A DNA stretch of 64,000 nucleotides from the NCBI GenBank assembly GCA_963668645.2, contig CAXXWC010000021.1, positions 1,248,001 through 1,312,000 of the forward strand, in the 5' to 3' direction. Positions within the stretch are counted from its first letter, which is position 1. Every line of letters begins with the position of its first letter. Under the pieces are notes generated by a model. The model had not been told where the DNA came from. It did not search any database and saw only the letters and a program-made list of their open reading frames with translations. Shown here in pieces: positions 18,816-26,678 of the stretch. The position numbers and the translations under genes are program-made. This DNA comes from Desulfobacterales bacterium (lineage in GTDB: Bacteria; Desulfobacterota; Desulfobacteria; Desulfobacterales; UBA2174).

Positions 18816-19973
18816 ATGAAGGGGAACATCTATACCCAAGAGCGGTGTCCCATCTGTGGCGGTTCGTTTAAGCATGACGAAAACCGTAGCGGCCTCTTTT
18901 GCAGAAATCATCCAGAAATCCGGGCTTCTAAGGATTTTGTTGTCCGGTTCGGCCGTGACATCACCAAGCGATTCAAGACCTACCTGGAAGCAGTCCGTTT
19001 CCTCACCGGCTTGCGGTTCAAAACAGATGAAGGCAGCTTCGATCCCCGGGATTACAAAAAAGACCATCCCTTGGGATTTGAGACCCAGGTCCGGAAATAT
19101 CTTTCCATCAAAGAAAAATCGGTAAGTAAAAATCAATTCAGAAATATAAAGCGGGACCTGGGAAAGGCCGTTAATGCCTGGGGCCAAACAAATGTTAAGC
19201 TTTTAAATTACGCTGAAATTGAGGATTTTCTAATTGGACAGGAAGTATCCGAGAAAACACGGGCTAACGCTCGGTCCGCCCTGAACAGCTTTTTTAAGTG
19301 GATGTGCAAGCGGGAAGGTCTAAAAATGCCAGATCTCCCGGTGATCAATTTCGAACTCGGATGGCGGAACATAATCGATATCGAGCTGCAACAGTCAATC
19401 ATCGATGAAGTTTACAGGATTTCATACAATTCAAATCCAAGGATCTGGATAGGTATCAAATGGCTTGCAACCTACGTTGCCTTCAGGCCGAATGAGCTTC
19501 GGAACCTTCGGGAAAGGGATATTAACGTCAGTGGCTTTTTCGTGGTTCCCTCCCCCAAAGAGAAAAAGCCGAAACTGATTGCCATGCTGGAAGAGGACAT
19601 CGAGCTATACAGAAAGACCACTCCCCGGGGCCTTCCTGATATGTTCTTTTTTCGTCATACCAAAGGGAATGGGGGTGCAAGGCCGGGAAGCCAGTTCGGC
19701 AAGGACTACCTTTATAAATGGTGGAAACAGGCCTGCGGGGACCTCGGGATAGAAGGTGTGGATCTGTATGGCGGCACCCGCCATAGCACTACAACAGCCC
19801 TCGCCGAACATTTCACAAAAGATGAATTGAGAGAATCAGGAACAATGCACGCAACCAACCAAGCCTTTGAACGCTATATGCAGGCAAGGAAGAATGATAG
19901 CCTAAATGTATACAAAAAGAGTATGGAAATAAGGGCAAGGATTCTCGAAATAAAAAAAGGCAGAAAAAATTGA
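18816..19973 (+). CDS. tyrosine recombinase (prophage integrase)
   Basis: FRPNELRNL (R), SPKE (K), LYGGTRHS (R), MHATNQAFERY (H,Y); N-terminal CPIC...CRNH. Confidence 0.88.
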   Translation: MKGNIYTQERCPICGGSFKHDENRSGLFCRNHPEIRASKDFVVRFGRDITKRFKTYLEAVRFLTGLRFKTDEGSFDPRDYKKDHPLGFETQVRKYLSIKEKSVSKNQFRNIKRDLGKAVNAWGQTNVKLLNYAEIEDFLIGQEVSEKTRANARSALNSFFKWMCKREGLKMPDLPVINFELGWRNIIDIELQQSIIDEVYRISYNSNPRIWIGIKWLATYVAFRPNELRNLRERDINVSGFFVVPSPKEKKPKLIAMLEEDIELYRKTTPRGLPDMFFFRHTKGNGGARPGSQFGKDYLYKWWKQACGDLGIEGVDLYGGTRHSTTTALAEHFTKDELRESGTMHATNQAFERYMQARKNDSLNVYKKSMEIRARILEIKKGRKN

Positions 19974-20134
19974 ACTGCTCGATCAGCTACGTGAGAAAGA
20001 TATTTTTTTGACGCCCAATTCATTGGGGCCGTCACTTGACGGCTAAATAGCGAGAAGCGCCAAGGAACGCCTATTACAATAAGCATTAATACTATAACAT
20101 CTATATATATTTTATTATTTTAACCTAATTTATG

Positions 20135-20181
20135 ATGGCGCTCTGAAATAGGCGTCAATTGGCGTCCAATAATTGTTAACC
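20135..20181 (+). other. attI-like site heading the cassette array
   Basis: three GGCG motifs then core GTTAACC (20175-20181), the exact complement of GGTTAAC closing cassette 1. Confidence 0.55.
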
Positions 20182-20201
20182 GGACATAATATTGAGGACA
20201 A

Positions 20202-21125
20202 ATGGTTTATGTAACCGGAAATAGCTACTGGCGCCCAATAGATAAGCCACAGCTTGGCCTCATGAATGAGGTGAGCAATTTTATTTTTCGTTGCCACTTA
20301 GGACAGCAAGCATTACTGCGTGATCTAAGATATTGTCGAAAGTTAACAATTGTCTCGGACTACGGAGGAGAACACGGTACTGCTACATTCGCCACATACT
20401 CCTTTTTGATATTCAATGAAGAGTCCATAGCGGACTTTGTGAAAGCTTGCATAATTTTCCGCGACGGCCCTCTCGGCAAAAAAAGAAGGATGGCATATAA
20501 AAATCTTGGAGACAAGGTCCGCAAGGGGATTCTTGTACCCTTCCTTCATGCTGCTGATACGATCCATGGAATCCTTTTTACTATTTCTGTGGAAAAGCAC
20601 GAGATTGATCTTTTCGGCTCTGGTGTGGTCGAGGTAGAACAAAGCCTCCTTCCAAACATTAAACTTTCAACAACGAGAAAGCTATTGACCATATGTCATT
20701 TTCTCGCTGTTTTAGTGTCTGGCACAGTTGCACCATTTCAAGATATTGCATGGCTTTCAGATCAAGATGATATCGTAGCTAACGCTTCTCATCGGGATAG
20801 TCTTGGTCACGTTTTTGGACATTTTTTGAATCACTATCTGTCATGCGACGTTGGACGCATCGTGATCGGAACAACGCAAAATGATCCTGGCACACTTTTG
20901 GTAGAAGACCTCGCATCTATACCTGATCTATCTGCGGGTGCGCTTAGCGATGTTTTAACACGAAAAGGTATTCATGACCGGAAAACTGTGAAACCTAAGG
21001 CTCGTCCTATAGTAGGGTGGCTATGCAACTCGACAAGCGCCTTAGCAAAAGTAAATCTTGTGGTTCGCGCTACGGATGATAAGAAACCATTGCTTCAACT
21101 CCTAACTCCTCAGCGCGCTGCTTGA
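20202..21125 (+). CDS. cassette 1: hypothetical, possible RNase H-like (DUF3800-like) fold
   Basis: IVSDYGG, WLSDQD, IPDLSAG acidic motifs; SD GAGG. Confidence 0.6.
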   Translation: MVYVTGNSYWRPIDKPQLGLMNEVSNFIFRCHLGQQALLRDLRYCRKLTIVSDYGGEHGTATFATYSFLIFNEESIADFVKACIIFRDGPLGKKRRMAYKNLGDKVRKGILVPFLHAADTIHGILFTISVEKHEIDLFGSGVVEVEQSLLPNIKLSTTRKLLTICHFLAVLVSGTVAPFQDIAWLSDQDDIVANASHRDSLGHVFGHFLNHYLSCDVGRIVIGTTQNDPGTLLVEDLASIPDLSAGALSDVLTRKGIHDRKTVKPKARPIVGWLCNSTSALAKVNLVVRATDDKKPLLQLLTPQRAA

Positions 21126-21146
21126 TGATAATCGCTGGGGTGCGCT

Positions 21147-21217
21147 GGTTAACATGGCGCTCCAGCAGACACAAAAAACCTAGCGGTTTTTTGTGTCTGC
21201 TGAGCTTTTCGTTAGGC
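21147..21217 (+). other. attC site 1 (71 bp)
   Basis: GGTTAAC ... GCTCCAGC/GCTGAGC L boxes with extra base, 18-bp perfect stem ... GTTAGGC. Confidence 0.92.
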
Positions 21218-21235
21218 TCGGATAGCGGATTATCA

Positions 21236-22249
21236 ATGGCAAAGATCTTTGCAGAACGTAATCACTACAACCCATGCTTTTGGACGGCATGTTGGAACAT
21301 AGCCTATTTCAATGCTCTTGTTGAAGGGAAATCAAAGTCATTGCGAGCCAGGGAACAAGAGGTCTTCGTCCTCAACTTGCTCTCTGATAAAATTTATCAC
21401 GATCGAGTCAAAAACGTGCATTTTGATAAAGACCTTGGCGTCGCGGAGCTGACCCCAGAGACTATGAAAGATTTCTGCCTCCGTCGCTATCCTTCTAAGT
21501 ACGAACACTTCTGCCAGTCTATGGAGAATCATGAAGAAACTCTGTACATGGATTTCGAAGATATCTTGACTGGGACGGAAAAGTTAGAGAGCTACAAATC
21601 TTTAATAGAAGCAGTAGTTGCTGGTGGCATTCAGTCCGTTGAGCACAAAGGTTTTCTAACGTGCCATATCATTCTCCAGGCAATGAGAAGCCACGAGATG
21701 ATGACTTCCATGATTGATACGCTTGATTCTCTCGGAATTCCCAAATGGGAGTATTTCTGGATCCTCAAAAACGCTTGGGGTAATAAACTCGTTCTGGCCA
21801 GGGCAACTACACCTTTAGCGTTCTCTCGTTGGTCCGTCTATGTGACAGATAAACATATGTATCCTCTCTGCGATTCTCCAGTAATGATTAACAAGAATAC
21901 ACTAATGGCCGTCCTTTCTCCTCGCATTCTACTTGAGATCAGTATCAACGGACCCGTCCCGGAAGATACGTGGACAGTCCGAGAGGGAATAAGCTCAAGC
22001 AAATATCGCGAATTTCGTAGAAGATCGATTAAGAATTCATTCAAGCATATTATTTCCCACGATCCAGAAGAATTGAAACTTTGGCAAAGCACTCCTGAAT
22101 TCAAGGCCCGATCCAGAGAGCTAAGGGATAGTGCTAAAGCAGCAGGGCTTCGCACAGAAGCAGCAAATCGTGTGATATGGGCCATTAATGGATTCGGTAG
22201 GGTGCCGCATGATTTTGAACATCGAATCAAAAACGTCATCGATGCCTAA
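21236..22249 (+). CDS. cassette 2: DUF4238-like protein
   Basis: RNHYNPCFW, LCDSPV, VLSPRILL motifs; stop TAA lies within GCCTAAC inverse core. Confidence 0.68.
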   Translation: MAKIFAERNHYNPCFWTACWNIAYFNALVEGKSKSLRAREQEVFVLNLLSDKIYHDRVKNVHFDKDLGVAELTPETMKDFCLRRYPSKYEHFCQSMENHEETLYMDFEDILTGTEKLESYKSLIEAVVAGGIQSVEHKGFLTCHIILQAMRSHEMMTSMIDTLDSLGIPKWEYFWILKNAWGNKLVLARATTPLAFSRWSVYVTDKHMYPLCDSPVMINKNTLMAVLSPRILLEISINGPVPEDTWTVREGISSSKYREFRRRSIKNSFKHIISHDPEELKLWQSTPEFKARSRELRDSAKAAGLRTEAANRVIWAINGFGRVPHDFEHRIKNVIDA

Positions 22250-22352
22250 CAAGGCCATGCACGCGGACAGGCAACCACGCCGGGATTATTTCTTAGCTTT
22301 TCCTGTTGCCTCTTGGCGGCGTGGTTGCGTGCCGGTGATGCCTACGTTATAT
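22244..22352 (+). other. attC site 2 (109 bp)
   Basis: GCCTAAC ... CATGCAC/GTGATG, stem GCAACCACGCCG/CGGCGTGGTTGC ... GTTATAT. Confidence 0.9.
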
Positions 22353-22375
22353 GTCTGAAAGACTAAGGAAATTTC

Positions 22376-23248
22376 ATGATGAACACAATTTTATTGGATA
22401 GAAATGTTGTTGCATCAATAAAACAAAAACTTGCTGGAAAGGCATTGCTTCCGGTCCGCGATCGGGCTTTGAGATTATTAGATAAGGATAATAATTTTAT
22501 TAGTCCGATATTATCTATAAGAGAAGGTCAACTAGGTATAAGAGAAAATACACAAGAACATAAACTGACATTGTTAAAAGAAACCGATGCGATATCGCAA
22601 TTTTTTAAAAGAGCTAAGACTGATAGCAAATATTTAATTGATAAAATAGATGAATTTTCAACAGTTTTTGCTGATAATATAGAACATAATTGGAGAAATT
22701 ACATAGCTTTTGTAAAAGAAATGCAAAGCCTACTATACCAACCTGTTTCAAAGAAAGAAAAAGATGATTTTAAAAAAAGAATATTAAAATCAGCTTCAGC
22801 TCACAACATACTTCATACCCATCCAGCGGTTTTATGCGCACTATCTGTTTTGTATGGATGTAACGAAACAAGGAAGATTTTAAAGCCTAAAAAAAACCGT
22901 TCAGAAGAAAGTGTGGACAAAAATGCTTATAACACTATGAACGATCTAATTGTGCTAAGCAGAGTACACATGATACAAGCTATCGAAGCGGAACAAGGTC
23001 ATCAAAAAGATAAAATCAAATTTTTTACTTTTGATAAGGGACTTGAATTCTTTTTAAACTGCATCAAAACCAAAAAGCTTAATATAGAGAACAGTACTAA
23101 AAACTCTTCAACAATAAGCGAAATTATCTGTCACCCTAAGCTTTTTCCAGAGCTAAATAAAAGCGACTTCAATAGTCTTATGAAGACTTTACAGGAATCA
23201 TATAACAAGTCTAATGCAGCCGACGCAAAAAACCGCGCGGCTGATTAG
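22376..23248 (+). CDS. cassette 3: PIN-like domain protein
   Basis: ILLDRNV, IREG, MNDL, FFTFDKGL acidic pattern; very AT-rich; ORF runs into attC3. Confidence 0.65.
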   Translation: MMNTILLDRNVVASIKQKLAGKALLPVRDRALRLLDKDNNFISPILSIREGQLGIRENTQEHKLTLLKETDAISQFFKRAKTDSKYLIDKIDEFSTVFADNIEHNWRNYIAFVKEMQSLLYQPVSKKEKDDFKKRILKSASAHNILHTHPAVLCALSVLYGCNETRKILKPKKNRSEESVDKNAYNTMNDLIVLSRVHMIQAIEAEQGHQKDKIKFFTFDKGLEFFLNCIKTKKLNIENSTKNSSTISEIICHPKLFPELNKSDFNSLMKTLQESYNKSNAADAKNRAAD

Positions 23249-23259
23249 CGGCGTTCGGC
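23200..23259 (+). other. attC site 3 (60 bp, classic 59-base-element size)
   Basis: ATATAAC-aagt-CTAATGCAGCCG...CGGCTGATTAG-cggc-GTTCGGC. Confidence 0.93.
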
Positions 23260-23271
23260 AGGAGAAAATAA

Positions 23272-23661
23272 ATGGGTTCTATTAAAAAATATGTTTTTGA
23301 GGATATTACAATAATTAAAGCTGTTGGCCCACTCATCCAAAATGAAATAATTTCCATTTTGGAAGATTTATATACACATAGCCCTACAAAATTCATTATT
23401 TGGGATCTTGTCGAAGCTTCAGCAAAATATTTGACATCAAAACACATTCACCAAATCGCAGATTTTGTGGCCCAATATAAAGATAAAAGAGCTGGTGGAA
23501 AAACAGCACTTGTTGCATCAGGCGATTTGGAGTTTGGAATTAGCAGAATGATGAATATTTTGGGGGAAATTAAAGAGGTCGATTTTGAAGTTATGGTCTT
23601 TAGAAATCTTTCAGACGCGGCGAATTGGATCGGAGTAAAGGAATTACCAAAAATTTGTTAA
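23272..23661 (+). CDS. cassette 4: STAS/SEC14 (SpoIIAA-like) domain protein
   Basis: IIWDL, KTALVA, FGISRM, VFRNLSDAANWI; SD AGGAG. Confidence 0.7.
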   Translation: MGSIKKYVFEDITIIKAVGPLIQNEIISILEDLYTHSPTKFIIWDLVEASAKYLTSKHIHQIADFVAQYKDKRAGGKTALVASGDLEFGISRMMNILGEIKEVDFEVMVFRNLSDAANWIGVKELPKIC

Positions 23662-23665
23662 ATTC

Positions 23666-23791
23666 GCCGAACAATTAAATTCAGATGAAAGCCAGGGTCG
23701 GGCACGCCTGGAAAATCGTTTCAGGCGGGTAATTCTTAGCCACTTAAAATGTCAGTGGAAGCCCTGTCTTCAGCTGATCACAGCGTTAACT
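23666..23791 (+). other. attC site 4 (126 bp)
   Basis: GCCGAAC ... ATTCAG/CTGAT L boxes, branched internal stems ... GTTAACT. Confidence 0.8.
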
Positions 23792-23813
23792 GTGGTGCAT
23801 AGGTTCAGTCCAA

Positions 23814-24332
23814 ATGTTCATAATTGAAGAAGAACAATTACTTATTTGCCATGAATGTGTGAACGATATCTTTTTAAAAAAAGAAATTCGGTCTATTGGA
23901 AAACTAGGAAAATGTTCATACTGCGAAAAGAATTGCAAAGCAGTCCAGTTAAAGTGGCTCGCTGAGAATATACATGCTGCAATTGAAGAGCATTTCGATC
24001 TTACTTCTAATGAACCTTCGCCTCTCGAATATGCGCTGATAAACGATAAAGAATCGAATTATGATTGGGAACGTAAAGGCGAGTCTGTTAACATCCTAAT
24101 TCAAGACATAGCCGGAGTAGACGAGTCCGCAGCGGATGATGTTCAAAAATATCTTTCATTTCATTACGGTGGCGATCCGAAGGATTTTGAAGAAAATCCC
24201 TATGACCGCGAAGCGTGCTATGCGCAATATCAGCTAACCATGCAAATTCAGCCGACGCCAAAGGGCGGCGCGGCTGATTTGGTTAGGCACAGAGAAAAAT
24301 GCAGAGAATTGTCAGACCGCATTGAGATATGA
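23814..24332 (+). pseudogene. cassette 5: truncated gene resembling the N-terminal domain of RES-domain proteins
   Basis: ICHECVND...GKCSYC Zn motif; frame runs through attC5, no C-terminal catalytic domain. Confidence 0.55.
24232..24288 (+). other. attC site 5 (57 bp, degenerate; same family as attC3)
   Basis: AGCTAAC-catg-CAAATTCAGCCG...CGGCTGATTTG-GTTAGGC; lacks the 4-nt spacer seen in attC3. Confidence 0.82.
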
Positions 24333-24405
24333 CAGCCCAAAAATTATCAAAAGTTGATCGATACTATAAATTTAATATGAATATCAGCAAGTTATAAGAT
24401 AAATG

Positions 24406-24439
24406 GCCGGTTCAAGTCCGGCCTTCGGCACCAAATTTT
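24406..24439 (+). repeat. attR core (34-bp direct repeat)
   Basis: identical to 8563-8596. Confidence 0.95.
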
Positions 24440-24441
24440 CA

Positions 24442-24478
24442 AAGAGCCTACCGGGAAACCGGTAGGCTCTTGTTTTTT
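24442..24478. terminator. intrinsic terminator (probable original tRNA terminator)
   Basis: 13-bp perfect stem AAGAGCCTACCGG-gaaa-CCGGTAGGCTCTT then GTTTTTT. Confidence 0.88.
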
Positions 24479-24954
24479 CAGCCGACCACAAATCGAGCCA
24501 GTTCCGGCGCCAAGGCTCTCAACCGCCTGGCCGCTTCACCTTGTGGATCGATCAGTTCGAAATCGGTGTACTCGAATCCCGGCGCCACCGAGCAGCCCAC
24601 CAGCACGCGACCGGCGACGGGCTCGGCCGCCTGCCAGGTTCCGGCCGGAACGACATGGCAAAAACAGTTGGCCGCTGCTGCCAGGGTGATGCAAGCCGGT
24701 GGCCGCTCATCGCCTTCCCACAGGTAAAGTCTCACACCCTGCCCTTGGTAGAGATTCCAGACCTCATCGCTGCCCACCCGGTGAAAACGGCTCGCCTCCC
24801 CCGGGTCGAGGGAAAAATAGATGTGGGTCAGGGCCGATCGGTGCCGGCCGTCCGCCCCCTGCACCCGAGCCAGCGATTTATAGATCTGCCGGAAGCGTCC
24901 CCCCTCCGGATGGGCGACCAGATCGATAGGCTGTATAGGATCAACGCATTGCAT
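24478..24954 (-). CDS. cupin domain protein (Cupin_5/DUF985-like)
   Basis: HPEGG, HRVGSDEVW, VPAGTWQAA, CSVAPGFEYTDF. Confidence 0.88.
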   Translation of the reverse strand: MQCVDPIQPIDLVAHPEGGRFRQIYKSLARVQGADGRHRSALTHIYFSLDPGEASRFHRVGSDEVWNLYQGQGVRLYLWEGDERPPACITLAAAANCFCHVVPAGTWQAAEPVAGRVLVGCSVAPGFEYTDFELIDPQGEAARRLRALAPELARFVVG

Positions 24955-25019
24955 GACGAGCGACTTTAGCGTTCACCGGGTTCCCCTCCCACTACGCGAC
25001 AGTCATACCTGTTATTCTT

Positions 25020-25793
25020 CTATCTGGATTGGGATACCTTTTGCAGGATGTATAGTATCTCCTCCATCCCGATCCGACCATTGCGATCGACTTCCGCGTA
25101 GGTATAACTGTCTTGTGAAACAACACCGGCCATCACCTGAAGGCCCCGGACCGCATCGGCCAGATCGACGGTGCCGCTCAAGTCTATGTCACCTGAATAA
25201 AGGATCGCGTAGACCATTACCAGATACTTGCCATCTATCAGCGGCACACTGGTAAAGGCGGAACCATAATTTTGGCTGATATTATAGAGTGTTAATGAGG
25301 CGATGGCGTCCATGACGGCCAGGCTCTCTTCTGTCACCTGGCCGAAAACGGTGAACCCACCGTTCTGGGTATCCAGATTCGCCGAGTTGTCCACCAAGTT
25401 GAAAAACCATTCGCTGGTGGCGCTGTCCGGAAGATTGGGCAGCTTGGCCATGGCGATGGTGCCCCGCAGATTGGATAGATGAAACTCGTTGACGATCGGA
25501 TCTTTTTTAGCGATTTCATCGAAACCATCATCTCCGAAAGAGTACCCACCCCCCTGAATCACGAAACCCGTAACGGAACGGTGAATGACAGTCCTATTAT
25601 AGTCACCTGAATTCATGTATGATAAAAAATTCGCAACCGTAACCGGCGCAATCTCCTCGAAAAGCTCGATGTCGATATTACCCAGGGTGGTGATCATCCT
25701 CACCCGTTCGGCCCTTGCCGTCGATCCGAGGCAGCAGATCGCGATGAAAAAGCTCGTCCAAAAACAACAAATGGTCAGATGTATGCGCTTCAT
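25020..25793 (-). CDS. secreted cyclophilin-type PPIase with C-terminal dockerin-like domain
   Basis: APVTVANF, HRSVTGFVIQGGG, RGTIAMAK, FTVFG; GDIDLSGTVDLAD tail. Confidence 0.88.
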   Translation of the reverse strand: MKRIHLTICCFWTSFFIAICCLGSTARAERVRMITTLGNIDIELFEEIAPVTVANFLSYMNSGDYNRTVIHRSVTGFVIQGGGYSFGDDGFDEIAKKDPIVNEFHLSNLRGTIAMAKLPNLPDSATSEWFFNLVDNSANLDTQNGGFTVFGQVTEESLAVMDAIASLTLYNISQNYGSAFTSVPLIDGKYLVMVYAILYSGDIDLSGTVDLADAVRGLQVMAGVVSQDSYTYAEVDRNGRIGMEEILYILQKVSQSR

Positions 25794-25822
25794 GCTGGTT
25801 GCCCTCTGAAAAAAACTGCTAA

Positions 25823-25897
25823 TGTTATCCCAAGCTCCCCTCCCCTGTCATCCCGAATTGCCTTCTCCTGTCATCCCGAGCGGCGGCGAGGGGTCTC
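25823..25897 (+). repeat. three degenerate 23-bp tandem units starting TGT(C/T)ATCCC (REP-like)
   Basis: motif at 25823, 25846, 25869. Confidence 0.55.
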
Positions 25898-26678
25898 ATC
25901 CTGTTTGACGCTGTTCTCCCGTTTTTTTGCCCGAATGCAGATTCATCGTCGTTCCTCCAAGCATCATGTCACCGGCGGCAAAGGTCACCCCGCCGTCATA
26001 AATTCGAAAGCCCCCACCGCCGTCGACTTTCTCCAGGCCTGCCCGGACACCGGTCACTTTCCCCCGGATCTCCTTTTGAAAATGGATGCGCAGGCGCCGC
26101 AGGGCCGCCTCGGGGCCCCAGGCGCGCTCCACCGCCGTTTCCAGCATATCGAAATAGACCGTGTTATTGACGTGCCCCAGAGGATCGAAATCGCTGCTGC
26201 GGGTGGTAAAATTCACCGCGAAGGCATCCTCGGCGATCTCGGCCGGCTTCCAGTGGTCCAGGTCGCCGCAGCCGGCATCGCGGTCCTCCTTGATATAGGC
26301 CCGGCTCAACTCGGCCGGAATGCGTTGCAGGCGCTTTGAGGCCAGATCGAAATAGAGCCAGAGGCTGGTGGCGGTAACGATGCGCTTCTCTCCGTTAAAG
26401 ACCTCGAAATCGCGGTAGGCTCGAAACCCCCTGCTGCCCCGATGCCAGGTGACCACCCGCACGGTTTCGCGGTAGCGTGGCAGCCGGTCGATGACCACCG
26501 CCATCTTGCTCAGCACCCAGACCGTGCCCGCATGGAGCAGCTCACGGCTGCCCAATCCCACCTGCTCCGAGTGGGCCACGGCAGCCTCCTGGAGCAGTCT
26601 GAGCAGCGCGCGCAGCTGGATCGTAAAATTAGGATTAACGTCCGTGTAGGCGATGGTATGAACCTGCTCTATGTGCAT
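25896..26678 (-). CDS. acyl-ACP thioesterase
   Basis: double hotdog pattern, SDFDPLGHVNNTVY. Confidence 0.85.
   Translation of the reverse strand: MHIEQVHTIAYTDVNPNFTIQLRALLRLLQEAAVAHSEQVGLGSRELLHAGTVWVLSKMAVVIDRLPRYRETVRVVTWHRGSRGFRAYRDFEVFNGEKRIVTATSLWLYFDLASKRLQRIPAELSRAYIKEDRDAGCGDLDHWKPAEIAEDAFAVNFTTRSSDFDPLGHVNNTVYFDMLETAVERAWGPEAALRRLRIHFQKEIRGKVTGVRAGLEKVDGGGGFRIYDGGVTFAAGDMMLGGTTMNLHSGKKTGEQRQTG

Larger units (their letters stand above)
20175..24288 (+). mobile_element. integron gene-cassette array, 5 cassettes, no intI in window (CALIN-like)
   Basis: five co-oriented single ORFs each followed by an AAC...palindrome...GTT attC; heterogeneous low GC. Confidence 0.92.
8563..24439. 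mobile_element. integrated filamentous-phage (inovirus-like) prophage, 15,843-bp unit, carrying an integron cassette array
   Basis: 34-bp att repeats, tyrosine integrase, Rep_trans-like protein, Zot ATPase, secretin, pIII/pVI/coat-like genes, CI-like repressor, lower GC than flanks. Confidence 0.92.

Noticed and set aside
18816..19973. Integrase as an integron integrase (IntI)
   Set aside because: It lacks the IntI-type box II (HTLRHSFATHLL-like) and any recognisable IntI-specific insertion, points toward the array and follows rep. A prophage integrase fits better; an intI HMM would settle it.
21122..21235. N-terminal extension of the DUF4238-like ORF given in the track
   Set aside because: It translates attC1; ATG 21236 is the plausible start. 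Upstream extensions at 10046, 12100, 14763 and 15803 were dropped for similar reasons.
21147..24288. Palindromes as simple terminators or a CRISPR array
   Set aside because: They have no U-tracts, differ in sequence, are separated by whole genes and carry AAC/GTT boxes typical of attC. No CRISPR array or cas gene is seen in the window.
24406..24433. Second tRNA gene
   Set aside because: Only the T-arm and 3' acceptor strand are present; it is attR.
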